From Salisapilia sapeloensis CBS 127946 (lineage: Eukaryota; Protista; Oomycota): a stretch of 64,000 bases of DNA. The translations under genes and the position numbers were made by a program. Positions 32,329 through 43,700 of this stretch are shown here, piece after piece. The notes under the pieces were generated by a model that had not been told where the DNA came from, did not search any database, and saw nothing but the letters and a program-made list of their open reading frames with translations. The stretch lies in the NCBI GenBank assembly GCA_023334545.1, contig JAADVB010000077.1, positions 1-64,000 of the forward strand, written 5' to 3'. Each line of letters begins with the position of its first letter. The stretch's first letter is position 1.

Positions 32329-33406
32329 CTAGAGGCCTTTGGTTTCGACGATCGGTAGTGCGACAAAGTTGTTCAGACGGAAGTACTTGGTCGGGAATTC
32401 ATCCGAGACGATGAGATAGAGTGGGTACATGATCGTAAGTTGTCCGATGACTAGACCGGCGATGTTTTCCATGGGCGAATGGAAGTAGGCAGTAGTGAAG
32501 AACATAGCATAGAGCGCGATGGCTCCGATGAAGAGCATGATGCCTCGTAAGGCTAGTTTCTTCACACTCTTCGTCCAATGCACAGACGATTCGACGGATA
32601 GAGCAAACCATTCGAATGCCATGATCGCGAGGTAGTGAGATGATAAGAGGACGACGTGGTCTGCATGATCAAACTGGGAGATGCACTTGCCAGATTTCCG
32701 TAGTGGACCGTACCAGCACTCGTTCGGACTTCTACCAGAGACTGTCGTGACGATGATGTCTTCCATGGCCCCGATACCTGCGTATAATACAAAGGTGCGG
32801 AAGGCCATGATGAAGAGGTAGAGTAGACCGCGGCGGGTGAGGACTCGGATGCGAGGTAGCGTCGCGTTCGGTCCGAGCATGACGCAGACGTAGTTGATGA
32901 TCAATGGAATCAATGGAATAGCCCAAGCTCCCTAAGAATTCATTCTTTAGTATTGCATGTAGATACTTGGTAGATGAAACTACTTGAAGGGTAGATAGGA
33001 TGGAGATGGAGTCCATGCCAGGGTAGCAAGGAGCAGCATGTCGACTGCCTTCCTTACCACCACAGCATACGAGTTCAAATTCATCCGGATGGGAATCTAG
33101 ATGTAACCAGTTGCTCTGGCATCTATTGAGAGTTGTTAGAACCTAGGAGACGTGTGCAGTTGAGGAATAAAAGGGATCGTACGGGCCGATGACGCGGACG
33201 TATTTGCTTGGAAAGCGAAAGTATGCATAGATGACAAGCAGCACGAGCAAAGCATTGAGCGAGACGAGGTTGCTTTGAGCTTGTAGCTTTTGCAGCGACA
33301 GCCAAGTGTTCTGTGCTGGAGACGGACGTGCCGGTGGATGCATGACGGATTGCTCTCGCTTTTCTATTAGGCGATCTCTTCGCTTCCAACGTGTGGACCA
33401 CTTCAT
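32329..33406 (-). CDS. FIT (FITM/Scs3p)-like ER membrane protein; introns 33123-33182 and 32932-32983
   Basis: Two GT-AG introns (60 and 52 nt, the first with CTAAC) give one continuous frame. FDHADHVVLL and TTAYFHSPME resemble the FIT motifs FDISGHxFLL and T..YFHT..E. Confidence 0.7.
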
Positions 33407-33612
33407 GTTGAAGTTGAGATACTGTGAAACGTTGGAAGAGCTTTTAATACATGCGCATGGAATCTACTCATTTAGTTTTATGTAGACGCATTGGCTTTGT
33501 ACTTTACATACCAGAATGATGCAATTAGGTTGAGATATTTTGGGATGTTATGCTCTATGATGGGAGATCTAGATATTCTTATACGACTATTCCTCAAGGG
33601 ACGCACAGGAGG

Positions 33613-34614
33613 ATGAAAGCTCTGCAGGTCACGCACTTTGCTACGTCCGGCAACATCCAGTGGACGGAGGATGCAGCTAAACCAGCGATCGTTAAGCCAA
33701 CACAACTGCTTGTCAAAGTGTCTGCAGCATCATTAAATCCAGCAGATATTGGTATCATGACAGGTGGTATATCACTCGTCTTCCGTGCCTCCAACTGTCC
33801 ATACATCCCCGGTCTTGATCTATGCGGCATCGTGGAAGAGGTTGGAGAGAAATGCAAGGAGTTTAAAAAGGGAGACCGTGTTGCTGCTGTGTTAGACAAG
33901 ATCGAGGAAGGCGCTTTTGCGGAATACGCTGTCTTTGAAAGCTCCCAAGCGGCGCACGTCCCAGAATCTTTAAGTGACCTCGAGGCTGCTGCCCTCCCAA
34001 CAGTCGGATGCACTGCCTTTAGTACCATTAACGCTGCTAATATCACAGAGGGTGCTCGTGTGATGGTTCTTGGTGGATCTGGCGGAATTGGATCGTTAGT
34101 CGTTCAGCTATGTAAAGCGAAAGGAGCTTCATTCATCGCAAGCACGTCCACAAACACCGATCTCGTCAAGTCACTCGGCGCTGACTTGGTCATCAACTAC
34201 AATGAGCAGACATGGTGGGAGATGGATGATGTGAAGGAGCTAGACTTGATCCTCGATTGCATCGGTTCACAAGATGCTTGGACTCATTGCGATGAAGTTT
34301 TAAAGAGTTCTGGTCGATACATTGCCGTCGCGGACGATCCGAACACAAAACTCCGAGGTATCACCGAAATGCTCACGTTTGTCAGCCGTCTTGCCTGGCG
34401 TTCCTGGAATCCGTTCACGACATCCTACAAGCTCATCTGTTCCTTTCCCACGGGCTCAGACGTCGAAGCTATGTTCACTAGCTTCCAAGACACTGCGCAT
34501 GCCGTGCTAGATCCTACGTCCCCGTACACATTCACACAAGCATCGATGGAAGCTGCTGTGCAACTACAAGCAAGTCATCACGCCAAAGGAAAGATTGTCA
34601 TGCAAATGGAATAA
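33613..34614 (+). CDS. MDR-superfamily NADPH:quinone oxidoreductase-like protein (zinc-independent)
   Basis: VKVSAASLNPAD, IPGLDLCGIV, GAFAEYA, AAALPTVGCTA, GGSGGIG, HAKGKIV. No Zn-binding Cys cluster. Confidence 0.9.
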   Translation: MKALQVTHFATSGNIQWTEDAAKPAIVKPTQLLVKVSAASLNPADIGIMTGGISLVFRASNCPYIPGLDLCGIVEEVGEKCKEFKKGDRVAAVLDKIEEGAFAEYAVFESSQAAHVPESLSDLEAAALPTVGCTAFSTINAANITEGARVMVLGGSGGIGSLVVQLCKAKGASFIASTSTNTDLVKSLGADLVINYNEQTWWEMDDVKELDLILDCIGSQDAWTHCDEVLKSSGRYIAVADDPNTKLRGITEMLTFVSRLAWRSWNPFTTSYKLICSFPTGSDVEAMFTSFQDTAHAVLDPTSPYTFTQASMEAAVQLQASHHAKGKIVMQME

Positions 34615-34640
34615 AAGCTCTTGCAACGTATCTTGTTCGT

Positions 34641-36038
34641 TTAGTGACTAGCATCTTGACTCCATTGGATCGTATTCGGATCAATGCCTTCCTGCACCAT
34701 CTCCCACAACGGACTCATCTCGCGTAGACGCGTCACGTGCTTAGCACACATGTCGACGGCAAAGTCGATCTCATCTTCCGTCGTGAATCGACCGATACCA
34801 AAGCGAATGGACGTATGTGCCAAGTCTTCTCCAACACCAATGGCACGCAATACATACGAAGGCTCAAGCGAAGCACTTGTGCAGGCACTACCGGAGCTCA
34901 CAGCGATGCTCTTTAACGCCATCAAGAGACTCTCACCTTCGACGTACGCGAACGAGAGGTTGATGTTACCTGGATGACGCTTCTCCAAGTCACCATTGAG
35001 AACCGTATGCGGCACACGGCTTGTGATGCCGTTGAAGAGACGCTCCGAGAGGTAGCTGACCCACTTGTGGTCGTTGTCCATCTCTTCCAAAGCAACTTCA
35101 CAGGCCTTGCCAAAGCCGACGCAGAGCGGAGCTGCGAGCGTACCACTGCGCATACCACGCTCCTGTCCACCGCCAGACATGATCGGCTCGAGACGGACGC
35201 GAGGACGACGACGGACGTACATGGCTCCGATACCCTTGGGGCCGTAGATCTTGTGTCCAGAGAGAGACATGGCGTCGATCTTCATGTCGTCGACGTCAAT
35301 GGGGAGTTTGCCAAGCATCTGCGCTGCGTCCGTGTGGAAGAAGACCTTGTTGCTGCGGCAGATCTCACCAATCTCCTTGAGCGGCTGCAGGACGCCGATC
35401 TCATTGTTAACAGCAATGACCGAGACGAGGGCCGTGTCCGGACGAATGGCGTTCTTCAAGTCTTCCACGTTCACCAGACCGTCATTACCGACTGGCAAGT
35501 AGGTAACTTCAAAGCCTTCGCTCTCTAAGGCTCGGCAAGAGTCGAGAACGCACTTGTGTTCGATCTGTGTCGTGATAATATGCTTCTTCCTGCCTTTGTT
35601 AAAGCGAGCAATGCCCTTGACGATATTGTTGTTCGATTCCGTCGCACCAGACGTAAAGATGATCTCCTTCGAATTGGCGTTCACGAGCGTCGCGACTTGC
35701 TGACGCGCCTTCTCCACTGCTTTCTCGGCGTCCCACCCGTATTCGTGCGAACTCGAGTGTGGATTGCCATAGGCAAAGGTAAGGTGTGGCAGCATCGCAT
35801 CGAGGACGCGTGGGTCCAATGGCGAAGTGGCTTGCACATCCAAGTACGCAGCTTTGCCTTCCATCGTCGGCTCACCACGAATGGCAAAGCCTGGCGAGAA
35901 GATTTCTTCCGAATTGATATTCTTCAAGACGCTTTCCGGCACGGCATTCGCCGCAGTGTACCGGTTATCCGTGGCAAAGGTACGTGCGAATTGCTTCTTG
36001 CTCCGACGAGCAAATGTGGTGGAAATACGTCGCATCAT
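34641..36038 (-). CDS. NFS1: Cysteine desulfurase, mitochondrial (NFS1/IscS)
   Basis: Arg-rich presequence, [24 protein letters not shown] lysine [10 protein letters not shown], catalytic SSGSACTS. Confidence 0.97.
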   Translation of the reverse strand: MMRRISTTFARRSKKQFARTFATDNRYTAANAVPESVLKNINSEEIFSPGFAIRGEPTMEGKAAYLDVQATSPLDPRVLDAMLPHLTFAYGNPHSSSHEYGWDAEKAVEKARQQVATLVNANSKEIIFTSGATESNNNIVKGIARFNKGRKKHIITTQIEHKCVLDSCRALESEGFEVTYLPVGNDGLVNVEDLKNAIRPDTALVSVIAVNNEIGVLQPLKEIGEICRSNKVFFHTDAAQMLGKLPIDVDDMKIDAMSLSGHKIYGPKGIGAMYVRRRPRVRLEPIMSGGGQERGMRSGTLAAPLCVGFGKACEVALEEMDNDHKWVSYLSERLFNGITSRVPHTVLNGDLEKRHPGNINLSFAYVEGESLLMALKSIAVSSGSACTSASLEPSYVLRAIGVGEDLAHTSIRFGIGRFTTEDEIDFAVDMCAKHVTRLREMSPLWEMVQEGIDPNTIQWSQDASH

Positions 36039-36110
36039 TCTTCCTCCTTGGGTAGTACCAGCGGAATGGAATTGTGAGTGTAAAGTTATGCCTTGCGCAC
36101 GATCATTCGT

Positions 36111-36235
36111 CCAATGATCTACCAAAAAGGTTGCGATTGGTCGGTCAACGTTAAACAGCGCACGTCGCTTCTATTGAAGAAAAAAAGATAGAGACCTCTT
36201 TTTCGCCAATCAACGTGCATAACTTTTCGACCAAT
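36111..36235. promoter_or_regulatory. Bidirectional promoter with four CCAAT boxes (NFS1 / uL11m)
   Basis: CCAAT at 36111, 36206 and 36231 and ATTGG at 36136, within a 237-bp head-to-head spacer. Confidence 0.55.
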
Positions 36236-36275
36236 CACCGCACGGAAGGTTTGGACACCAGTCAAGGAATCCCCA

Positions 36276-36710
36276 ATGTCGAATGCGGTGAAAGGAATTG
36301 TGCGCCTGCGTGTGGCGGCAGGCAAGGCGAGTCCGTCGCCCGCGATCGGTCAAGCCTTAGGTCCGTTAGGTGTGAACATGATGGAGTTTTGCAAGGCTTT
36401 TAACGAACGTACGGCCAACCTGGTGGAAGAAACGCCGGTGCCAGTCGTCCTCACGGCGTTCAATGACCGTACATTTACGTTTTCGACGAAGACACCTGCT
36501 GCCTCGTGGTTCCTCAAGCGTTCTGCCGGTATCGAGAAAGGCTCTTCGACCCCAGGTCAAGGTTCTGCCGGGAGCGTGAACCTGCGTCAGATCTACGAAA
36601 TCGCGCTTATCAAGCATCAGGATGAGCACCTAGAGCACATTGACTTGTCGTCGATCTGCAAGAACCTCATCGGGACGGCTCGATCCATGGGTATTGACGT
36701 GAAACCATAA
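36276..36710 (+). CDS. MRPL11: Mitochondrial ribosomal protein uL11m
   Basis: LRVAAGKASPSPAIGQALGPLGVNMMEFCKAFN, RTFTFSTKTP, IGTARSMGI. Confidence 0.95.
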   Translation: MSNAVKGIVRLRVAAGKASPSPAIGQALGPLGVNMMEFCKAFNERTANLVEETPVPVVLTAFNDRTFTFSTKTPAASWFLKRSAGIEKGSSTPGQGSAGSVNLRQIYEIALIKHQDEHLEHIDLSSICKNLIGTARSMGIDVKP

Positions 36711-36782
36711 CAATCCGATCGACTTGCAATTCTCTTTGTTTGTATTGTTTTCTCTCACTTGCGTACGATCGATCGTACGTGC

Positions 36783-38861
36783 CTACTCGGTATCCAATTC
36801 CATCTTGAGCTCGCTTTCTCGAAAGAGAGACGTTCGTCTCGAGCCCATCACGTCACTTCCCATGTAGCTAAAATCTTCAAAATGCATGGCTTGCATGCCA
36901 CCAGACGATCCGATCGTCGGACTGTCGGCCACATCCTGTTGTCGAAAGGCACTTGGGACGTACTGCAATTCGTTCGCTAACGAACTCTTTTCGCCCATAC
37001 TACTCGACAAGCGTGTGTTTACGGCCGGTTTAAACGGAGGCTCGAGCCGTCGATTCAACAGTTCATCCCAATCGACTCCTTCGAACCACGGATGTGCCAT
37101 GATCTCATGCGCCCCATCGACGCCACATCCGATCCGATCTCGTGGGTTCTTGACCAACAGTTTGCTTAGGAAGTCAATTGCCGTCGGTGAAAATAGATCC
37201 GTCGGGTACTCTGGGTCTTTCGACAAGATCTTCTGGAACATCTCTCGACGATTGCTACACCAGAACGGCGTCTGCCCTCGTATCATTTCGTAGACTAGAA
37301 CACCATAGCTCCACCAGTCGACCGAGTTACCATAGGAAGACGTTGTCTTTTGACTAAAGATAAGCTCTGGTGCCAAGTACTCCGGTGTCCCGACGAAGGT
37401 CGATCCTTCATCCTTTTCTTTCGACAGACCAAAGTCCGTTAAGGCGACGTGTCCTTCTCCATCCATCAAGATGTTCTCGAGCTTGAGATCTCGATAGAGG
37501 ATATGTAGTTGATGCAAATGAGCGAGAGCGAGCATGAGTTCCGCCGCGTAGAACTTTGCACGAGATTCATCAAAGCGTTTACTCTTTTTCAAATGCACGA
37601 AGAGAGAACCGCCGCTGTAGTAGTCCATGACCATATACAGTTTATGCCGATTCTGGAAAGCATAGCGGAGTCGAACGACAAACGGATGTTCGACGTGCTT
37701 GAGGATACGTTGCTCAGACTTTGTGTGTTCCACTTGCTGCTTCTTAAACACATCTTGCTTGCGTAGAACTTTCATCGCATACACACGCCCGGCGTTCCGA
37801 CCTGCTTTCTTCTTGGCTAAGAATACTTTGCCGTAAGCTCCTTTCCCAACTACTGACAAGAGGTCAAAGTCGTTCACACTCATGCTCGTGGAAATGACCA
37901 TGGATCGACGTGACGATCCACGACCGGAGCTAGATCGCTCCCGTCCATGCTCATCAACAAACTCGGCGTCTTCTTCGTGCGGAGGAAGGTACGACGCAGT
38001 GGACATGGCGGCTGCACCTGCATAAGCGTACTCGGACAGTCGATTCATTTCGTCCATCAGTTCATCCTCGATCGGTTCATCCGCCATGGACCCTCGTGCG
38101 CTTTCAAAGAACGCAAACACCGTGTCCATACTCGCGCCAATCGTCCATGCAGTGTTACTACTCTTTTGCTCCGGACCGTTGGGTTCGCCAGCAGACAGAC
38201 TGAGGCATCCGAGCTGGCCACTGTCCTGTAGCTGTGCGCCAGGAGGTTCTCGAGACCGCTGCCAGTTGATCGCACGCGTACCAAGAAGACCACGTACTTC
38301 CTCATTCTCGTCCGGGTCGAGTCGATGGGACGATTCGATGAACGCGATGGCAGCGAGTTTCGATCGGAGAGCAGGTTGGGAGGTAATAAGGTACTTTGTG
38401 AGCGTCCCACCGCGACCGTAGGCTGCAATGTAGACTTGGCTGCAGGACGCTCGGACGCCATAGGTTTCCCATACGTGTCCAATGTGCTGTTCTGGTGTAC
38501 TGGAGTGTGGAATGGGAATCTTTTCATCTCCTGAAATGACGTGGTTGTAGCTTGGGTTCGTCACGATGACGCCATAGCCTTTCGAGAGAGCAGAATGGAT
38601 GTAGGGAAGCATGGATCCGGAGCGGTAGTGGTCTGGGAGATCCGCGGCTTCGAGAACGAGTGATCGACTCCAGATACCTGGTTGAATCCCGTTGCCACAG
38701 ACGATGATGAGGAGAAGTCGTCGACAAATGTGCCAATTCGCACTCATAAAGATAGAGCATTTTACTGGACTATCTGCTGATGGGATACTCGTTTCAACAA
38801 ATCCTAGTTGTAACATCTTTTGCTGTTCCTCCTGGACAATCCTAGCAAGACGCTGCTCCAT
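36783..38861 (-). CDS. AGC-family Ser/Thr kinase (RAC/SGK/S6K-like) with an N-terminal Arb2/FAM172-like alpha/beta-hydrolase-fold domain
   Basis: Kinase: GKGAYGKV, YAMK, YRDLKLEN, DFG, TFVGTPEYLAPE, hydrophobic motif FEDFSY. N-terminal about 255 aa resemble FAM172A (SIFMS..LLIIVCGNG..GIWSR..GSMLPYI..A...GYGVIVTNP..PEQHI.HVW..AYGRGG). Confidence 0.9.
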   Translation of the reverse strand: MEQRLARIVQEEQQKMLQLGFVETSIPSADSPVKCSIFMSANWHICRRLLLIIVCGNGIQPGIWSRSLVLEAADLPDHYRSGSMLPYIHSALSKGYGVIVTNPSYNHVISGDEKIPIPHSSTPEQHIGHVWETYGVRASCSQVYIAAYGRGGTLTKYLITSQPALRSKLAAIAFIESSHRLDPDENEEVRGLLGTRAINWQRSREPPGAQLQDSGQLGCLSLSAGEPNGPEQKSSNTAWTIGASMDTVFAFFESARGSMADEPIEDELMDEMNRLSEYAYAGAAAMSTASYLPPHEEDAEFVDEHGRERSSSGRGSSRRSMVISTSMSVNDFDLLSVVGKGAYGKVFLAKKKAGRNAGRVYAMKVLRKQDVFKKQQVEHTKSEQRILKHVEHPFVVRLRYAFQNRHKLYMVMDYYSGGSLFVHLKKSKRFDESRAKFYAAELMLALAHLHQLHILYRDLKLENILMDGEGHVALTDFGLSKEKDEGSTFVGTPEYLAPELIFSQKTTSSYGNSVDWWSYGVLVYEMIRGQTPFWCSNRREMFQKILSKDPEYPTDLFSPTAIDFLSKLLVKNPRDRIGCGVDGAHEIMAHPWFEGVDWDELLNRRLEPPFKPAVNTRLSSSMGEKSSLANELQYVPSAFRQQDVADSPTIGSSGGMQAMHFEDFSYMGSDVMGSRRTSLFRESELKMELDTE

Positions 38862-39561
38862 GTGTCCTCGCTCTGGCTATTCATACGATCGAAAGAAGTG
38901 TTTAGGAACGTTACAAAGATAGATACATGTAGATTTGCAGATAGGAGAATTAAAAAGACAAAAGAGAAGTGGCTGGGTGTACCATTGCAATCAAGTGGAG
39001 TAGGGAGAGATAGCGTGGGGAGGCCGTGAAAAGTGTCGGTGTTGGCTTGTGCTCTTTATTCGAGTACGATGGATGTGAAGAATTTACAAGTGCTCAGGAC
39101 AGACGTTCCGTGTAACGATACGTCTTTGTGTGACTTGGATGCGTGGGACGTGAACGCCGGGGCAGAACTTCTCTGAGCACAGCACCGAAGCTCGACGCTT
39201 CCGTGGTGTGATGCGAGTCATATGCGAGGTTGAAATATTGGCGCAACCTTCGGACGACTTTACACGGAGCCAATCGATTCTTGAAGTCCGGTAGAAGTGC
39301 CATGGGATGCGGGACAAGTAGACGGTGTAATGAATGGGCGGATGGATAGTACTAGACTTGATGTAATGGACTGAATGGTCGAATAACTTTCTCGTGAACT
39401 TCCAAAAGTCTTTTTCGATCTTTTTTCGGTACGGTCGAGAGGTATCACTCGACTTCCAGAAAGGCTTTTACGCCTAGACTTGATTTCGTACCTGCCATTC
39501 GCGAACTTGCCTCGGCTAGGAGAAGAAGCACAAGATAAGCAAAGTGAAAGGATCGGTCAGC

Positions 39562-40217
39562 ATGACACCAACTCGTTTCGTTCTCGTAACCGTCCTCGTC
39601 GTATTACTGCACACTACGACTGCGCAAAAGTCGAAGGCGACCAGCGATAATGACACCTCTAGTTCCGCTTCGATGGACGGCTCTGTCAGTGAGGACGCTA
39701 GTGACATGTCTTCGATGGCATCTGCGAGCGGCTCGGTCGACTACGAGTGCGAATGTGACAAGGAGCGGAAAGTATCGCTACTGGGGGCCTCGGACTATTG
39801 CCTTGCGCCCGACGCAGTCTTTACGCACAAATGTGGAAACGTGAATTTGAAAGAAGGCGGTGAATGCCCACGAACTGGCGCCATGCCTTGCTCTGATCAA
39901 GGACACGTTCTCGCGAATGACAGGTACCACAGTCGCCATATATTTGTCTCGTTTCCACTAACATGAAACGTAGTTACTGCGAGTATGATAAACGTGACAA
40001 GACGTACAAGTGCGTTGCGAGTAAGAAGGACTTGGATATTCACGATGAGGAGAAGAAGAGTAAAAAGCGTCGAAAGAGATCGTCGAGCAGAAGCAAGGAC
40101 GAGAGCACACCTGACGCTGGAGATGACGATGGCGCGAGCGATGTCGATGGTAGATCGGTTCTACGCCTAGTCTTCTCGTTCGTAGTGCTCGTCGTGGGTG
40201 TTGTTGGCTTTAGCTAA
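39562..40217 (+). CDS. Small secreted Cys-rich protein with C-terminal membrane/GPI anchor; intron 39924-39973
   Basis: Signal peptide, Ser-rich linker, 8-Cys domain. A 50-nt intron (GTACC..CTAAC..CGTAG) joins ND-S-YCEY in frame. Hydrophobic tail. Confidence 0.8.
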
Positions 40218-40340
40218 GTAGAATGGAAGGCGGATCATGAGCTGGTGATTTAATAAGGAAACAAGACAGTTTTAGCTAATCTACTGTTGTATTCAAGTCA
40301 TGCAGCAAATGCAGATATTCTCGACGTATTTGACATGTAA

Positions 40341-42984
40341 TCAAGTCTTGTCGTTGTACGGATGGCTGGCATCTCTGGACATGCCACGCGTTTCTTGAAC
40401 GAGATGGAAGCGATGACGTAGGAATGCCATTTCAAATTCTCCACGAAGCATTTCAGCTGGGTAATTATCATCCACAACTGCCCACGAACCAACGAGTACC
40501 ATGAAGATGCGTGAATCGAGAAAGTCAGGAACGACGACATTGCGCATATAGTCTCGACATTCGCGTTCCACTTCATCAAATGTTGTACGACAAGCGTTTT
40601 CGAGGTGACCATGTATGCGTTCACGGATGTGGCCATCGATAGGAATCGTACGACGGGAGTTACCACCACCTAGAAACTTGTCGTATATCTTTTTCGCTGA
40701 CCGAATGACGATCTGGTACGACGGTAGACGGCGAAAGTGTTCGATCTCTTCCCATAGCATAAGATTTTCAGAGCAGTGCTGGGTTTCCAGAAATGATCGC
40801 AAACTCATGAGGCATGGCTGATATCGGAGAAGAATATCCAAATGTTGTAGCTCCAACTTGCCACGTTTCCCTGCTTCATCGATTTCACGTAACTCTGCTT
40901 CGATAGATATCGGTGAAACACCAGACGGCCCATCATCCCCCGGTGTGGATGAATCCGATTGAAAGGTCATCAGGGACGGCGACGAGTTCGACTGAGACGA
41001 TGCTTGCTTTTTCAAAGTTTTCCGCAAGTTTTCATACTGCTTCGACTTGACGAAGCGAGGTAACGAGTCTTGTAGCATACCGTGACGGACACGAGCGGAT
41101 ATCTTTTTAAACATGTCCACACTTGGGTTGTTGATTCGCGCAGCAATTTCGTCTCGCATCGCAGTACTCATGTCCACTTGTAACTTGGCGGACGGAAGGA
41201 TGTACTTGCGGAAAATCTTCTTTGCGCTATGTTGGAGATACTCGATACCGGGCAGCAGTTTAAAGTCCTCCACTTCCTCACAGAATGCCAAGTAATGCTC
41301 CCAGCCTCGCTTTTGCATGAACGTACGAAAGAATTTCTTGGCGAATGGGTCTTCCAAGATCGTTTGGAGCTGTTCTTCTGGTGAAAGTTTGAACTCTTCC
41401 AGACCTCCTTGGATTGAAATTGCCTCATTTGTGGATGTTGATTTAATGGGAATGAGTTTCTCCACAGGGTAAAGCATAGCAGTTTCAATCAATTGGGCTT
41501 CCTTCATTGCCTCAATCTTACGCTGCGCAGCCTCCGTGTCTTCAACGGATAAACGCCTTGGTTGGTGATGCGGAATATTTTTCTTGGGCTCTGGATGAAC
41601 ACATTTAGAGTAGCTCAAGTACTCTTCCGATCGGCAAAACCCAGGCCAAATGGTTTCACTAATCTTATCAAAGATAATGGACTGAATTTCATAAAAGTTC
41701 TTTGGTACGAGGACTGCACCGCTTTCAGCGATTTCCTGAATCTCTTTTTCGATTTCATCGTCATCGAGAGGAATGTGGTTGGGAGACGTCGGTTTGCAGT
41801 ATCGTTCGTAAATTCGCTTTGTCTTGTTACCAATGAAAGAGAGGTTGGGTAGGCGCTTGCAATCCTCAACTTCCAGATAAAAGAGTAAGTTTTCTAGCGC
41901 CAACGCTTCCATACAGAACGTTTTTAGGAATCGAAGTTTGGCTGGATGCACTAGGATGTCACAAAGAGCATAGGATTCCTCCGCCTCCGGACTGTTTCCT
42001 GCTTGTGCTCCCGCTGGAGCACAAAACTCTTGCATCTTCTGAAACAGCTTACTTTCTCGAAAGCGAGGATAGACAGATTTTTCCAATGAAACAATGCAGA
42101 TATTCTGCGCTGCAGAATAGATTCCAGCAGATATATTGTCCGAGTCCAACGCCGCTTCAATTTCACTCAGCATCGCACCAGTGACACATACGGGCATGTA
42201 GGCTTCGGGAGATAGAAACTTGTCGTAGATTTTGCGTAGACGGCGTATGGTGTAGGAAGGCGATGGTAAGAGCTGCAGTGCATCAATTTCAACCCAGAAC
42301 TTGAGCATGTCAACGCCAGCGGGTATCTTTTGCTGCTGGGCATAATTAGTGAACAACTTGAAGGCGGCCGGGTCCGTCAGCACGTCCGTGGTGAAGACTG
42401 GTCCAAGATTTTGAGCTAAATCGAAACGAGTAGTGGAACATTTGTTAGCGCGATTTCCATTTAAGGCGTCTCCCGCAGTGCGAGGACGATGGTTCGTGGA
42501 CACTTTCACATCACGAGATGTAATCTTAGCATCAAAAACCGGTTGGGACTCACCGATAACAAGTTCCTGCGAGACCGTGCCTTCCTTCTTGATAGTTGCG
42601 TTTGCTTGTTTCTATTCGCATGCACGAAGACGAAAAAGATGTCATGGGTCTGTTTCACCTAATCGGGAAGCATTGCACATACCTGATCGGTCGATGACTG
42701 AATAGGCTCTAACACAACATTTGGCCTGATACGTGGGGTCAAGATGCCGTTTTGGCTCTCTTGCGTTTCGCTCGACAGCGTGCGCTCTGCTGTCAATGCT
42801 CTAAGGGACTCAAACATCTCTTCATCTGATATTCCGATCTTGACCAGTTCATTATATTTCTACAGTCAAGGGTAGAATGGTTTCGAGTTACTAGGTGCAA
42901 ACTGCGTGTCGCTACTAGTCATACCTCTTGTATCACCGCTAGTGTTTCAACGTCTGTGGTCGCGATCGACGCGCCGGCACCCAT
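40341..42984 (-). CDS. Protein with four tandem RGS domains and an N-myristoylation motif; exons 42925-42984, 42683-42859 and 40341-42611
   Basis: Phase-0 introns 42860-42924 (65 nt) and 42612-42682 (71 nt) give MGAGASIATT... Four repeats of the RGS signature (L.DP/HP..F..F...ENL.F..EVEDF..IY..F/Y). Confidence 0.85.
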
Positions 42985-43700
42985 GGTGAGTTTACAGGTT
43001 CAAGATAGATAAAAGGAGCCTTGAGCGTCCAATTGCGCTGGCAACTTGTGTTTCGTAAAAGGCGAAAGAGGCGTTATTACTTTTAAGAGCGCACGAACCC
43101 GTACCGCCTTCCAATCCATAAATAGATACCCCATTTGTATTATAAATAGTAAAAGTAGAAACTTGCGATCTCTACAAGTTTCCAAGTTTCCACATCATCA
43201 TGTCAACGCGAACAAGATTGATGATTGTGCGGTATATGATACATCGATTCAACTTCTTTGTGACTTCATTGCAACGATTAGTAGCGCGCTCCTTTACATC
43301 AGAAGCAGGATGCCATCTCGAATGGCATTCATGCGTATTTATTTTATATTTGTAGACGGAAATTCCCGTCTTCACTCTTTTTCTGTCATGTCCGTTTGCA
43401 CCTTCTTAACACTTTATCTTGCGTACATACGAAGTGATTCCTGTTACTAGTACCCGAGTCCTTGCGCCCTCTACAGTCATCTATCATGGCGTATCACGAA
43501 CGCTGGTCTCTATATCGATGCTAATGGTGGAACCTAGTCGCCGCTACTGCTCCTCCTATACAAGGTATAGATAAGGCCATTGGCTCCCACGATATGTCTG
43601 ACTCAACAGTTCAGAGCTGACGTACTGAGAGTGAGCTCACTTCTCATTTTCCTCGACATTCTACGTCTACCACTGTACTTGAGGAAGCGTCGGACAAACA

